DNA from: Anthoceros angustus
Taxonomy: Eukaryota; Plantae; Anthocerotophyta
Assembly: GCA_010909165.1 (NCBI GenBank)
Contig: MU008186.1
Location: 744,001 to 808,000, forward strand
DNA length: 64,000 nt
Direction of reading: 5' to 3'
The position numbers and the translations under genes are program-made. The notes beneath the pieces are model-generated. The model was not told where the DNA came from. It searched no databases and was given only the letters and a program-made list of their open reading frames with translations. Positions 1 through 11,776 of the stretch are shown here, in pieces. The stretch's first letter is position 1. The number at the start of each line of letters is the position of its first letter.

Positions 1-28
1 CTTCTGAAATGGAAGCAAAGTAGGTTTG

Positions 29-91
29 CGGCTTTAGGCACCTTGGGCGGGGTTTTGTTAGGATATGGTGGTGGAGGCCTTTAGGGTTTAG
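29..91 (+). repeat. 63-bp direct repeat, copy 1 (copy 2 at 9247-9311), contains telo-box-like TTTAGGGTTTAG
   Basis: cggctttaggcaccttgg..ggggttttgttaggatatggtggtggaggcctttagggtttag occurs at both places with only about 2 differences. Confidence 0.9.
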
Positions 92-899
92 TTGCAACTA
101 GTTGCGTGACAATTTAGATGATCCCTCGGATGAAATTCAAACTTGCTTACAAGTCTACTACATTGTGACAGAAAACGTTACACCTCTGGACTGGCCATCA
201 CTGTCGGATGCTGTTATTGGATCCATTGTGCTCCTGCTGTATCAGCACTGTATCAGCTTACGTTTTCAAGGGACTGCTCCAAGCACTGGTGGTGGCAAGC
301 GTGTGGCTCACAACATGGGGCTCTTTCAACTTGGACAACGCCATCTCACAAGGTTGGTTAAATCAGGTGATGAATACAGATGTCTCCATCTCCAGCTTTC
401 ACCTTGCAATTGATTCGTCAAAAACAATTCATGTGTGACAGAAGGAGGTCTCAAAGTACAAATTCATACGTGCCAAGTACTGATACGGGTTGCAGGCACG
501 ATACGCAAGTTTGGCCTTCTCCTTTGAGCTACTGAAGAACATCTCTTGGGGCCGAGAAAGTAGCTCAAGAAGCCAGGTTGGTGGTAACATTCTTGTATCT
601 GGTTTTGGTGCCCTGCTGCTACGATCTAGATGGTTTTGAGCAAGCGTTTGCTTTATTTCAGAGGGACAGAAGGATCAACTCCGAAACATCAGATATCATA
701 CAAACCGAAGCTCAAGGTGCACATTTCACACGTTCCGATGATGACAACTAGTATTGCTTGACATCCAGGGCACTGCACCACGTCTTCTACGAGTGCTGTG
801 ACAACCGTAGTGACCAAATTGAAGTAATCTCACCTAGGTGTCTCTTGTGGTGTCGTACATGTGGCTTGAGCAGCATCCCTTGCACAAGCAGCAGACGCG

Positions 900-2785
900 A
901 TGTCGCAATGTGTCCGCGAAGTAAGCAAGATGGTGCAGCGAATGCACAACGACGACGACTACGCAGATGACCAAGAGAAGCTGAACGCGGGTGCCAATGA
1001 CGCTGAGCAGCCGGACCAGGAGTCGGCGCTGGAAGCGCCGGACTGGAAATGGCCACGCTACGAGACACTGGTGCGGAACGGCAGAAAGGTCCGGAAACGG
1101 GTTGTGGAGCACAAGGAGAAATCAGGAGAACACCACCCTTCATTGTGACTCAGGAAGATCATGGGGACGGCGATATGCGCGTCCTTGTCACTCTGTACTC
1201 TTCCTGGCTAATCGAGATTGTGAAGACGCTCATTCCAAGCACTCTTTTTCTTGCTCGGATGAAATGGAGCGGTGCTTGAGAGCTGCAACGGGAAGCGCCA
1301 CCTCCATCTCCGTCACCTTGTTAGGTGCGTGAAAGAGGAGTATAAGAACACTCTGTTTAAACATCAGCAGGCACTGGAGCAGAAGAGCATTGACTGGGAC
1401 ATGCTGTGGACTGTACTTGTGCCCGGTGAGGTGGCATCTTACAAGTGTTACCTAACAACTCAGCTTGTTTCCGGTACCATCTTGCGGGTGAAGCAGAAGG
1501 GCGGGGACCAAGGCTCCAAGCTCTGGAAGATCACTATTGGTGTCAGGGACTATGACCTGCAAAGCTACAAGGAATGCACGGTGATCAGAAGTATTATGGA
1601 GTACACCGACAAGCAGCCGTTCTCATCATTGGAAGTTGTTCCTTTGAAGTACCTCCACGACACCGACAGGAAGCAGAGGAAGACAGATTTCTGAGGCAAG
1701 GACAGATGTTCTACAAGCTTATGTTGGAAGAAGCAGGCCAGCCAGTCTACATGGAATACAAGGGCTCAGTAGCCACCGCGAGGAGAAGGAGACCGCTGGA
1801 TCATCTAAAAACACCTGGGAGATGGCCGGGTGATGGTTGATCTCAAGAGCTTCGCCAGGATGAATCCTGGATACCCATGGGCAACGCGGAGCCTCCCAGC
1901 GATCTGCTACGAGGAACCGCCACATGTGCCAAGGTTCCAAGGCCCCACAGTGAGCACCTCAAGAAGTCCCCAGCCTTCGTCTACGGGTTCTCCCTCTCCC
2001 GCAAGCTGTGGGGATGCTTTGATGTGTGCGGATTCTCCGACATCGTCTTCTCCAACAAGCCCTTCAACGACCTGGTGATGGAGAAACGGAAGAAGGACAT
2101 GCTCCACATGATGGCCACTAATTGCACGAGCAACCAGAGAGTACAGCAGGTGGACAACATCGCCAACAAGGGCAGCGGTTGCATCATCTTGTGCTATGGC
2201 CCTCCAGGGGGAGGCAAAACCCTAACAGCAGAGTCGCTTGCGGAGGTATTGCACAGGCCGCTCTACTCCGTGAACGCCTTCGAGCTGCCGAGCACAGACT
2301 CGAGCGCCATGGAGGCACAACTTCTCACAATCTTTGAGTTGTCCTACACCTGGCGAGCAATCCTCCTCTTGGACGAAGCCGGTGTCTACATGGAAAAGAG
2401 ATCGCCCACCTCTTCTCCGCACACAAATGCTTCCACCGGCATCTTCCTCCGCCACCTCGAGTACTACGAAGGCATCATGTTCCTCACCACCAACAGAGCC
2501 AAGTGCTTCGACGCTGCCTTCCGCTCCCGCATCTCCCTGTCCATATACTACCCTCCCCTAGATCAACAACAGCGTGCTGAGATCTGGAGGCAAATGTTGA
2601 ACAAGGTAGGGTTGCAGGACGGCGACATCGACTTCTTGAAACTTACAAGCTATCAGTTCAACGGCCGGGAGATTCGCAACATCATCAACGTTGCCAAGAT
2701 TTGGGGAGGCGGAGTCTGGGGCATCCCCCATATTAACCAAGTCATCGACATGCAGCTGAGCGAAGGTGCCCGCTTCAATCCCTAA
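900..2785 (+). CDS. Fungal-type AAA+ ATPase (N-terminal DUF7025-like region plus single AAA module), read through about 4 apparent frameshifts
   Basis: ORF 1877-2785 has Walker A GPPGGGKT, Walker B ILLLDE, sensor TTNR and SRH FDAAFRSRI, with family context KGSGCIILCYGPPG, PLYSV and IFLRHLEYYEGIMFLTTNR. Upstream frames give DWDMLWTVLVPG, YMEYKG, MVDLKSFARMNPGY and YGFSLSRKLW, typical of this family. Confidence 0.85.
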
Positions 2786-2930
2786 GCATCAGGAGAATGG
2801 TTATGGGATCCCTTCGCTAGTTTCGATGTATTGTGGAATCTTCTAGTGGAATTCCCCTCGCGGATCCCAATAGACCACCCTTCGCGCGGCTCACGCCCAC
2901 AAGTCCTTGGCAAAGACAACTTCTTCCGCC

Positions 2931-3293
2931 TGTGAACAGAGATGAGCCTTTATAGAGAGGGAACACAACACTCCCATACAATATGGGTTATATGCACTAG
3001 CCACACTAGATACTAGCACACATGCACACAAGCACACAAGAATATTTGCACACCACACCTTACAAGTAGGTGGGCTTGGCCTTATATAGTCCTAGCCTTG
3101 AATCCTATTGGTCACTTGACCTTGAATCCTATTGGTTACTTGACTTGCCCTTTACTTTTGGACTTTCTAGAAGATACTTTCTAGAAGATGCATGACTTTC
3201 AAGTTTGTTATTTTTAGGGCACTCTTCATAACCTGCTTTTAGGGCACTCTTCATAACATATTTTTGATATATTGTAATAAATCACTTCTAACA
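2931..3293 (-). repeat. 3' LTR of copia-1
   Basis: Matches 7521-7854 and ends ...cttctaaca. Carries a 21-bp internal duplication (3212-3257) absent from the other LTR. Left end is degenerate. Confidence 0.9.
3078..3143 (-). promoter_or_regulatory. LTR U3 promoter: two tandem 24-bp CCAAT-containing repeats followed by a TATA box
   Basis: (ttgaatcctattggt.acttgac)x2 then ggccttatatagtcc (CTATATAAG on minus). Same arrangement in the other LTR. Confidence 0.6.
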
Positions 3294-3304
3294 CTCCCAC
3301 TCAA
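3294..3304 (-). other. Polypurine tract of copia-1
   Basis: TTGAGTGGGAG on minus, immediately before the LTR TG. Confidence 0.85.
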
Positions 3305-3314
3305 CATATCAAAA

Positions 3315-6300
3315 TTATTCCCTTAGGCCTAGCATCTTGCTAAACCTAACATGTTTTTCTAAAGTCAAGGCTTTGGTCAAAATATCTGCTGGCATGTCTC
3401 CTGTTGGACAATACTCTAGCTTTACCTCTTTTGACTTTACCTTCTCTCTTATAAAGTGATGTTTCACTTCGATGTGCTTGGTTCTAGCATGAAAAATTGC
3501 ATTCTTGGCTAAGAAGATGCAAGCTTGATTGTCGTTGAAGATTGTTGTTGCTTCCTTTTGCTTGAATCCCATCTCCTCTAGCAAGTTACGCAACCATATC
3601 GCCTCCATGACTGCGAGCATGTTGCCATATATTCTGCTTCTGTAGAGGATAGAGCCACAGTAGGTTGTCTCCTACTATTCCAAGAAATGGCTCCCCATTC
3701 AGCATAAACGCATATCCAATCGTAGACTTGCGACTATCAACATCTCCTGCCCAGTCTGAATCACAATATCCTACCACTCGGACTTCCTGCTGATGCTCCT
3801 GTTGATACACCAAATTCCAATGCTTTGTACCACTCAAGTACCTCATTATCCTCTTCACGGCTTGAAACTGCTGTTGTCCAGGGTTAGCCATAAATTGACT
3901 TGCAACTCCCACTGCCTCTGCAATGTCAGGCCTTGTCCCTGTAGATAAATAGGTGAGGCATCCAACAAGCACACTGATAGAGAGTTTTATCTACCTTCTC
4001 CTTCTCTTCTTCAGTTGTAGGACTCATCTCCTTTGAGAGCTTCTCATTAACCACCATTGGTGTCTTCACAAGCTTGCACTCTTGCATTCTAAAGCGCTTC
4101 AGGACATTCTCAACATATGTCCTTTGGCTCAAAGAGATCTTCTTGTTAGCCCTGTCTCTCATTACTTCTATTCCTAGAAAGTAATGAAGTTCACCTAGAT
4201 CCCTCATATCAAAACTATCATTAAGACTCTTCTTCGTACTCTCTAAGAGCTCCAAATCATTGCAAACAAGGATTAGATCATCCACATAGACAGAATGATC
4301 ATCATGGACTCTCCACTCTCTTCACATAGATGTTCCAATCTCCATTGGTTTTCTTGAAACCTCTAGCTTGGAAGAACTTGTCAATCTTAACATACCGGTA
4401 AGTGCAGTTGCTTAAGACCATAGAGTGCCTTTAGCAATTTACATACCTCACTTTCCTCGGCACTTCATACCCTTCTGGTTGGTTCATGTAGATCTCTTCT
4501 TCCAAATCTCCATTGAGAAATGCAGTTTGGACATCCATGTGATGTATATCCGGATCCATGGTAGCTATTGCTAAGAGTATACGAATGGATGTTATCTTAG
4601 CAACAGGGAGAAAGTGTCGGTGTAGTCAATACACGGCACTTGTGTATATCCCTTCCCACCAGCCTTGCTTTGTATCGCTCTATGCTCCCATCGTTGTGCT
4701 TGATCTTGAACACCCATTTGGATCCTATGCACTTCCTTCCTTGGGGTAGAGGAGTGATTTCCCAAGTCTTGTTCTTGATAAGTGAGTTATACTCACTATC
4801 CAGGCTTCTTTCCACTCCTTCGCCTTTGGCCCTTCCAAGGCTTCCTTCAAGCTTTGCGGCTCATCGGCCAACATAGCCTCTTCGTACTTGCATGCATTCA
4901 TGGACTCCAAAATTTTGAAGGTTTCCATCGCCTTGATGATCTCGATGCGGGTCGGCTCCTCTTGGATTCTTGATCTCGCTCCTCTTCATCATCCTCGATA
5001 TCCGGGCTTCTCCACCTTCTATATCACCTTGTGGTAGAGGTTGCTCATGCTCGAGAACAGTTGAGCATGCTCAAGAGTAGGTTGCTCAAGAACCAAGTCT
5101 TGTGCTTCTTCACGCTCCTTCAACTCCTTGATGACAACTTGCGTTGCTCCCACTCCTTTGTTAGGTTCCACAACCTCATGAAAAACAACATCCCTAAAAT
5201 GATTTTCTTGGTTGTAGGGTTGTATAATCTATACCCCTTTACCTCATCGAATACCCAAGCATGATGCCTGGATGCCTTTAGGATCCCACTTGGTTCGGTT
5301 TTGCTTTGGAACATGAGCATAAACCTCGAACCAAAGATCCTAAAATGACTCACGTTAGGTTTGACACGGACCATGCCTCCTCGGGGTCATTCCAGTCTGA
5401 CCTTGGTTGGAACTCTATTCAAAACATGAGTTGTAGTGACCTCTCCCAAAAGCGTACCTCCAACCCACTTTGATGGAGCATGCACTTGGCCGCCTCCACT
5501 AGGCTCCTTAGCTTGCGCCACTCCATTTTGCTCCGGTGTGTGAGGAATTGTTAGTTGCCTCCGAATGCCATGCTCCTTGCAAAAGCTTTTGAATTGAGAA
5601 GAGATGTATTCTCCTCCATTGTCACTCCTAAGTCTTGAGGCATTCTCCACTTTCGTTCTCCACCAAGGCTTTCCACTCCTTGAATGTCTTGAACACTTGG
5701 ACTTCTCCTTCAAAAGGTATGTCCAACTCCTCCTTGTGAAGTCATCCACAAACACTAGAATGTAGCGGGCTCCTCCATGGGTAGGGTTCTTCATTGGTCC
5801 ACACATCGGTGTGTACAAGTTCCAACGCCTTTGCCCTCGGCGCTCAATCCTTGGGAACTTGGTTGGTGAAGCTTTCCCATCATGCACCCTTAACTGTGCT
5901 CCAATCTCTTTCAAATCCAAGCCGGTCACCATTTGTTGATTCTTCATCATCTTGATGTTGTCCACTCCAGTGTGCCCCAAGCGTTGATGCCACAAATCTA
6001 TTGACCCAGTGCACTTAGGCGAGCTTGACACAAATGTGCAAGCTTGTTGATCACCTACGGAAGCACACAACTTATAGAGATTGCCTTCCGAACACCTCGA
6101 GCTATCACCTTGACATTAGGTGATTACGGTTGCTCGGGTTGGATCGACATCCTCGAGTTGAACACAATCTCATTCCGGTCGATGATTCTTGCTCGAAAGA
6201 AGATTCTTGCAAGACCAGCACATGGTGTACATCCTTGATTGTACCTTTGGATGGTCCTCCGAGTTGAACTTTAATCACACCTCTTCCTTTGATCTCGTGT

Positions 6301-7328
6301 GACCTATTGTCTCCAAGCGCCACTTTATGCCCGCATTTCTTCATAGCTTGAGAACCAAGGCCGATTGTAGGTGAAGTGTTGAGATGCTCCAGTCGAGGTA
6401 CAAACTCTCATCCTTCTTTGATGGGAGTCGTACTCTTTCTACGGTTGAGACAATGAAAGATGTTCTTCCTTCTCACTCACTTGATTGGCTTGTGACTCCT
6501 TTCCCTTCTTCTTCAAGTCACCAACCTTGTCCTACAATCCTTGGCATAGTGATTAGGCTTTTGCAATAATGGCAAGTACCCACACCTTTTCTTCGCACCT
6601 TTTCTCCTTGATCCTTCTTGAGTTGGCTTGTGAAGTCTTCCCACGTGTTGTTCCCTTCTTTGAGAAGAGCACCGAGTCTCCATTCTCTTCTTTCTTGAAG
6701 GAATTCTCCAGCTCCTCTTGTAGGAGCAACCCAACCACCTCATCCAACGTTGGTGGTTGGTCGCTTGACGCATCGCTACCGCTTCTAAGGCCAACACAAA
6801 TTGCTTGTATGCGGATGGTAAGCTACCAACACCACGATAACCTTTCTTTCAAGGTTTGACGTCCGCCGCCTTCATTTGATCCACCAAGTTCTTCAACTTG
6901 TTGACGTGTTGTTGAATGGTGTCACCCTCGACCATCTTGAAGTTGGCGGTGTTGCTCCAACAACATCTCATTCACCAAGCTCTTCTTCTCATACGTGTTG
7001 CAGGGTCGTCACGCCGCTTTTGATGTTGCACACTCACTCAATTGAGAGAGTATGTCATCGGACACATTGAGGAGAATCGCCATGCTCGTCCATCTTTCTC
7101 TGTCCACTTGGTGGGTGTTTCTCCAGGCCATTGTCGACAAACTTCCATAGTCCTCGGTCGATGAGAAGCATCTTCAACTTCCACAATGTGAAGTTTGTGC
7201 CTCCAAACTTCCACTAGACCATTGTCGACAAACTTCCATAGTCCTCGATGAGAAGCATCTTCTTCCACAATGTGAGTTTGTGCCTCAAACTTCTCCACTA
7301 GGCGTGTCTCCATGCTTGTTGACGCCAT
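3315..7328 (-). pseudogene. gag-pol: copia gag-pol polyprotein, heavily frameshifted as assembled
   Basis: RH (HARTKHIEVKHHFIRE, ADILTKAL), RT (KCIGSKWVFKIK, DDLIL, YCDSDWAGD), INT (LWHQRLGH, VFVDDFTR, LRSDNGGEY, TPEQNGVA), gag N-terminus (VEKF..GLWKFVD). Confidence 0.9.
7128..7301. repeat. About 91-bp tandem duplication (2 copies) inside the gag 5' end
   Basis: ccattgtcgacaaacttccatagtcctcg...ccactag repeated at 7128 and 7219. Confidence 0.9.
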
Positions 7329-7508
7329 GCCTAGTTTCCCTACAATTGATCTTGAAGACCAAAGCACCTCACTCACATGCACTACAAGATTAGTATCAAG
7401 ACCTTTCCAATTGCACACAAGTTCTCACAAGCTCTAGGCTAAGAACTATGCAATAGGACTTGACTCAAGTAACAATGCAAGGAGCATTCTACAAGGCTCT
7501 TGAACATG

Positions 7509-7520
7509 GCTCTGATACCA
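7509..7520 (-). other. Primer-binding site (tRNA-iMet)
   Basis: TGGTATCAGAGC on minus, adjacent to the LTR end. Confidence 0.95.
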
Positions 7521-7854
7521 TGTTAGGAAAAGAGCTGAGCCTTTATAGAGAGGGAACACAACACTCCCATACAATATGGGTTATATGCACTAGGCACACT
7601 AGATACTAGCACACAAGCACACAAGAACACTTGCACACACCACACCTTACAAGTAGGTGGGCTTGGCCTTATATAGTCCTAGCCTTGAATCCTATTGGTC
7701 ACTTGACCTGAATCCTATTGGTTACTTGACTTGCCCTTTACTTTTGGACTTTCTAGAAGATACTTTCTAGAAGATGCATGACTTTCAAGTTTGTTATTTT
7801 TAGGGCACTCTTCATAACATATTTTTGATATGTTGTAATAAATCACTTCTAACA
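7521..7854 (-). repeat. 5' LTR of copia-1
   Basis: TGTTAG...CTAACA termini; matches 2931-3293. Confidence 0.95.
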
Positions 7855-8414
7855 CCATCGACTTGGACATTCCAGCAGGCCTGGAACAGGCGTAGGTCCC
7901 ACGCCTCCACCAATTCTCCTGCCGCCTCTAGCCATGGAGCGAGGTCGGGGTAGGCCCTAGACTGGATGTTGGCCTCCACGAGCTTCCATGGTTCGCCCGC
8001 CTCCAGAAATTGCCCCGGCGCCATCGCCACCTGCCACACAAAAGAAAAGAGGGCGCGAGGGAGGAGAGGCGGAGAGGAGAGAAGAGAGATCGCGGCGAGT
8101 AGATGAGAGCCGCGACGCGAAGCGAGACGAGCAGGAGAGGAAGGCGAAGATCTCATCAGGCGCGGAATGAGATGAGTGAAGGGACAAAGAGGGAGGTGAT
8201 GGTCGCCGCGGAGCATAACTGCAGTGTCCAACGTCAGTCCGTTCACCGTAAACTTTGAAATGCGCTATTGCTTTCGTTGTCACCCCTTCGGGTGACAGAA
8301 CAGGCGGCAGCTCATTGACTCTATTTTGGTGCACTTGGAACATGGAAGAAAAAGATTTGCTGAAATATAAAATATAGATATAGGAACTATCATAAAAATA
8401 AAAGTACATCTAAA

Positions 8415-8833
8415 TTATATAAAAGGTATCAGTCCTCCCCATCCCTGCACCAAGCACCTACTAACCTCGTCCCCATTTCTTGCTGCCCATGGTGATGCCG
8501 ATGTTTGATGCTCTTTTTCTTGCAGATGGTTGACATCCACACGGATGGCTGGTGCCACTGCAGGTAGTTTTGCAGGCATATTGCGGTTGTGGGCGGGATG
8601 GCAGGCACCGGCCCACCCTCTCCTCCTCACATGCCGCAGGGCCGCAGCCTGCAGCCGCAGATGAGGTCGTTGTGGTCCTCCGCATGCTTCAACAGCGCAT
8701 CAAGCTCCTCGTAGGACAGAGGATGCATTGGCTCCTTCGGATCATAAGACCTGTAAAACAACTCACTCCACACATTAGGATCGGGTGAGCTCGGAGGAGA
8801 GCGTGGAACCCTCCTCCACTGCTGGCCCCACAT
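8415..8833 (-). CDS. Cys-rich orphan ORF fragments (frameshifted), function unknown
   Basis: Overlapping ORFs 8627-8833 and 8461-8685 give PNVWSELFYRSYDPKEPMHPLSYEELDALLKHAEDHNDLICGC...ACKTTCSGTSHPCGC. Confidence 0.3.
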
Positions 8834-9233
8834 AGAGAACTACCCCTTGGACTTCGAAGTTCTTTTCGAGCTAAGGGAAAGTGGTCGCAGGTATTTGGAC
8901 TGGACTTGGACTTCATATTGCGAGAGTGCCTTCCAGAAGCTGGAAGCGCACTATTTCATGCATACTCATTTTGATGGGTGGCCATTGGGTCCTAACGATC
9001 ATTGCGAGGCTTCGCGGTCGAAGCACCCGGAGTCTTTGGAGGACTTCAAGCTGTGGATGGCCAAGTTTCACTTCAACTGCTTGACTCACAGGCTGCACGG
9101 CTGGCCCCAGCCTTCTCGCCCCCCTCACAGGTTCATCACAACCTCTTCTCTGAGCGGGCCTTGCGCCAGCCATGTCTTGTGGGAGGAGATGAACGACCTC
9201 TACATCATCGAGGACAGTGATCATGGGGGTTAG
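8757..9233 (+). CDS. Orphan ORF or exon, unknown function
   Basis: Frame open 8757-9233 with no upstream ATG; Trp/His/aromatic-rich, protein-like composition. Confidence 0.35.
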   Translation, partial: NNSLHTLGSGELGGERGTLLHCWPHIENYPLDFEVLFELRESGRRYLDWTWTSYCESAFQKLEAHYFMHTHFDGWPLGPNDHCEASRSKHPESLEDFKLWMAKFHFNCLTHRLHGWPQPSRPPHRFITTSSLSGPCASHVLWEEMNDLYIIEDSDHGG

Positions 9234-9246
9234 GACTGGTGGTCAT

Positions 9247-9311
9247 CGGCTTTAGGCACCTTGGAGCAGGGGTTTTGTTAGGATATGGTGGTGGAGGCCT
9301 TTAGGGTTTAG
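9247..9311 (+). repeat. 63-bp direct repeat, copy 2
   Basis: Matches 29-91. Confidence 0.9.
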
Positions 9312-9716
9312 GTTTGTAGGTTTCATCATATCTCGCTTCCCACAGTTTTGACTTGTCCAATTTTTACGCTTCCTCCTGGAGGCTTCCACCCTCGCTGCAT
9401 GCATGCCCACAATTTTGCAATGGCCTATGCTTGCTCGGCCGCGTCGGCGTTCACGTCTTTGACCCCTTTTCCTTTTGGCCCTGCCTGCTTGCCCCACTGC
9501 CTTTCCATGTCGTCCACTACCTTTTTAAGTGAGAACCCATCTGGCTACTTCAGGTGTCATTGGGATCATGGAACTAGCTCTCAAATGTCGTCGATTTTAG
9601 GTGCCAACCACTTCAAGGAATCGCTTCTAAGCGGAGGTGCTTCAGTTGCCTCACAATTTGCCTCCAACAATCACGTCAGGTCAGGACAGAACTTGCAGGC
9701 AAGGTCAGTGCCCATG

Positions 9717-11256
9717 TGTGGAATGTGAACTTGTGTCCAGGGACACCATGAGGTCCACATTTACCCTCAATGTTGTTGTAGGCCTAGGATTCTCTCCCAA
9801 GGGAATGATTTGTGCCAAGAGGCGCTAACTTCTATCACTACTGACCCTTGCCTAAGTCGGGACTTGCCTGCTATTACCCTTCCTACCTATCTACTCAACT
9901 ACTACTGTTACTCGAGTCGTCTAACTACCCCAGATCTTATTCCACGACGACCGTTTTCGAGCTACCACTACGGTGGCTCTCACCACTACCGGGTAGGGGT
10001 TACAACTACCGTGGTGGGTCCCACACCAACCCTAGTACCTTATCTCTGGCGCACGGTGCCGCGGATCCCTGTCACGGGCGGCTACCGCTGCTCACGGATC
10101 AGGTTTTATTCTACACTTCACACTTCATGCTCACACCGATTTCTAGGAACGGGAGTTCCTAGGACACCTCAGACCCGCTCCACACATACACACACACACA
10201 CACACAAAATGGCGCCACGCCACACGATTTCCATCAGGAACGTTGTTTCCCTTGTGCACTTTCCTCTGCCAGCACCGGTTTGAGTTTCACAATCCACACA
10301 CATCAGTTTTTCCATTAACCGCCTTTGTTCTCTCCTCACTCCACTCGATCTCACACCTCGCGCCATCTGATTGCTCGACCCTCCTTCACCCAATCCTCTC
10401 TCTCTCTCTCTCTCTCTCGATTCGCCCCTCAGGCTTCCACCCACACACTCAACGCTCTCTTGATTTCAGAACACAGCTAACAGGAACAAGGGTGAAGGAA
10501 AGAAGAACCCCCGGGCGTCACAGTAGGCGTTACGAGCAAGCTCCAGACCCGCCCCGCGCCAATCCCTTGGTTTCTTCCCCCCGTTGTCAGCAAGAACGCT
10601 CTATCACCCTTCCTCCCCCAGTTGCGGAGCAAGCTCTCGACCACCCCTAGGAGCATCTCGCACACCCTACCTCGGTCAATCGGACGTCTCCAACTAGCTA
10701 CAGGCAGCGTGGGGATCTCAACCAGGAATTATCTCATGTGAGGGGCACAATTCGCTCCTTTTGTACATCGGCTGGGGGCGTCATCGCCCACCAAATTTCT
10801 CAGCTCCTAAAAACGGCTAAATCGTGAGGAGGCGCGCCTACGATTCCGAACGATCTTAGGTCCAGGATGGCACCCTATCCAAGGTTCTATTCCTAGGATG
10901 CTACTACCATTGCCTACGCTATCTTGGTCAGCCTCCTCCTACTTGGCACTTTGGCTCTCCGTCCTCCATTGCCGCCTCACGAGCCCTCCTTCCTTGTCGG
11001 GATCGACAAGTTTTCCCCTGGACCTCCACCTCACGCCCAGCTCTTCGGATGTCCTTTCGCACCTACCCGGGGGTAGGCCCTGCCCCTAATCTTCCTCCTT
11101 CTGCACGCCTATTAGGGATTATTCAGGCTCTTCATCTGCACTTGGACTTCTTCCTCAGGTTAGCTCCTCCAAAGCTGCCTCCGAATAATAAGGGGCCAAT
11201 CCCATGCCTTGCAGTGGAAGAAGTATCCGCCGGTCCTCACTTGAAGAGTAAGCCTG
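9717..11256 (-). repeat. LTR-like repeat of gypsy family A, copy 1 (right boundary tentative)
   Basis: Starts tgtgga(a/g)tgt(g)aac on plus, like copies at 12336 and 13341. AATAAA on minus near 10110; (CA)n and (TC)n tracts. Confidence 0.6.
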
Positions 11257-11776
11257 GCCCCTCCTATTTCCCACGCACATGGGCGGTGAAGTTAACACGC
11301 ATTCCCCATTCACATATAGATCGGGAACATAAGTTTCCTCATCCATGTGCGCAACATTAATAGGACCTCCTAGCATGGTAGGGTGCTTACCCCTCCTCAC
11401 GGACTACACAGTTTGCACGATCCATGCCCTCGCCGAGATGCCTCGTTGCGTCCTGTTGCGCCGCTCATGGCGGCCGAGTTGGGACTCAATGGTGGCAATT
11501 TCCGCCAGCGTGGTAGCGGACTCCACGGCCAGGTCGTCATTCGTAACTCACGGTAGGTGTTTCGGCTACCACGGTTGCTTCTCCCTTTCCTGCGGTAGTC
11601 CCTTCCACTTGATATCGTGGACTGCTACTCGCTTCCCTTTTCCCTTCTCCTTCCCGGCTCGGCCATGTGCCTCGTCCGCTCCGCTTGTGCTTGGTCGGCA
11701 ACCACGGGCCTTCTCCACGGAGCCGCCTCTTGCTCTTGGGCTGCTTGACAATTCCCCATACATTTCTTGATTTGCT

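Larger units (their letters stand above)
2931..7854 (-). mobile_element. Ty1/copia LTR retrotransposon (copia-1), full length, about 4.9 kb
   Basis: Two near-identical LTRs, tRNA-iMet PBS, PPT, and gag-PR-INT-RT-RH in copia order. TSD imperfect (CCGCC vs CCATC). Confidence 0.95.

Noticed and set aside
10209-10220. TGGCGCC as a possible gypsy PBS
   Set aside because: Match is only 7-8 nt, other copies read AGGCGCC, and it lies inside the LTR-like repeat
10183-10420. (CA)n and (TC)n microsatellites (also about 13943-13963 and 44823-44839)
   Set aside because: Ordinary short tracts, mostly parts of LTR-like repeats
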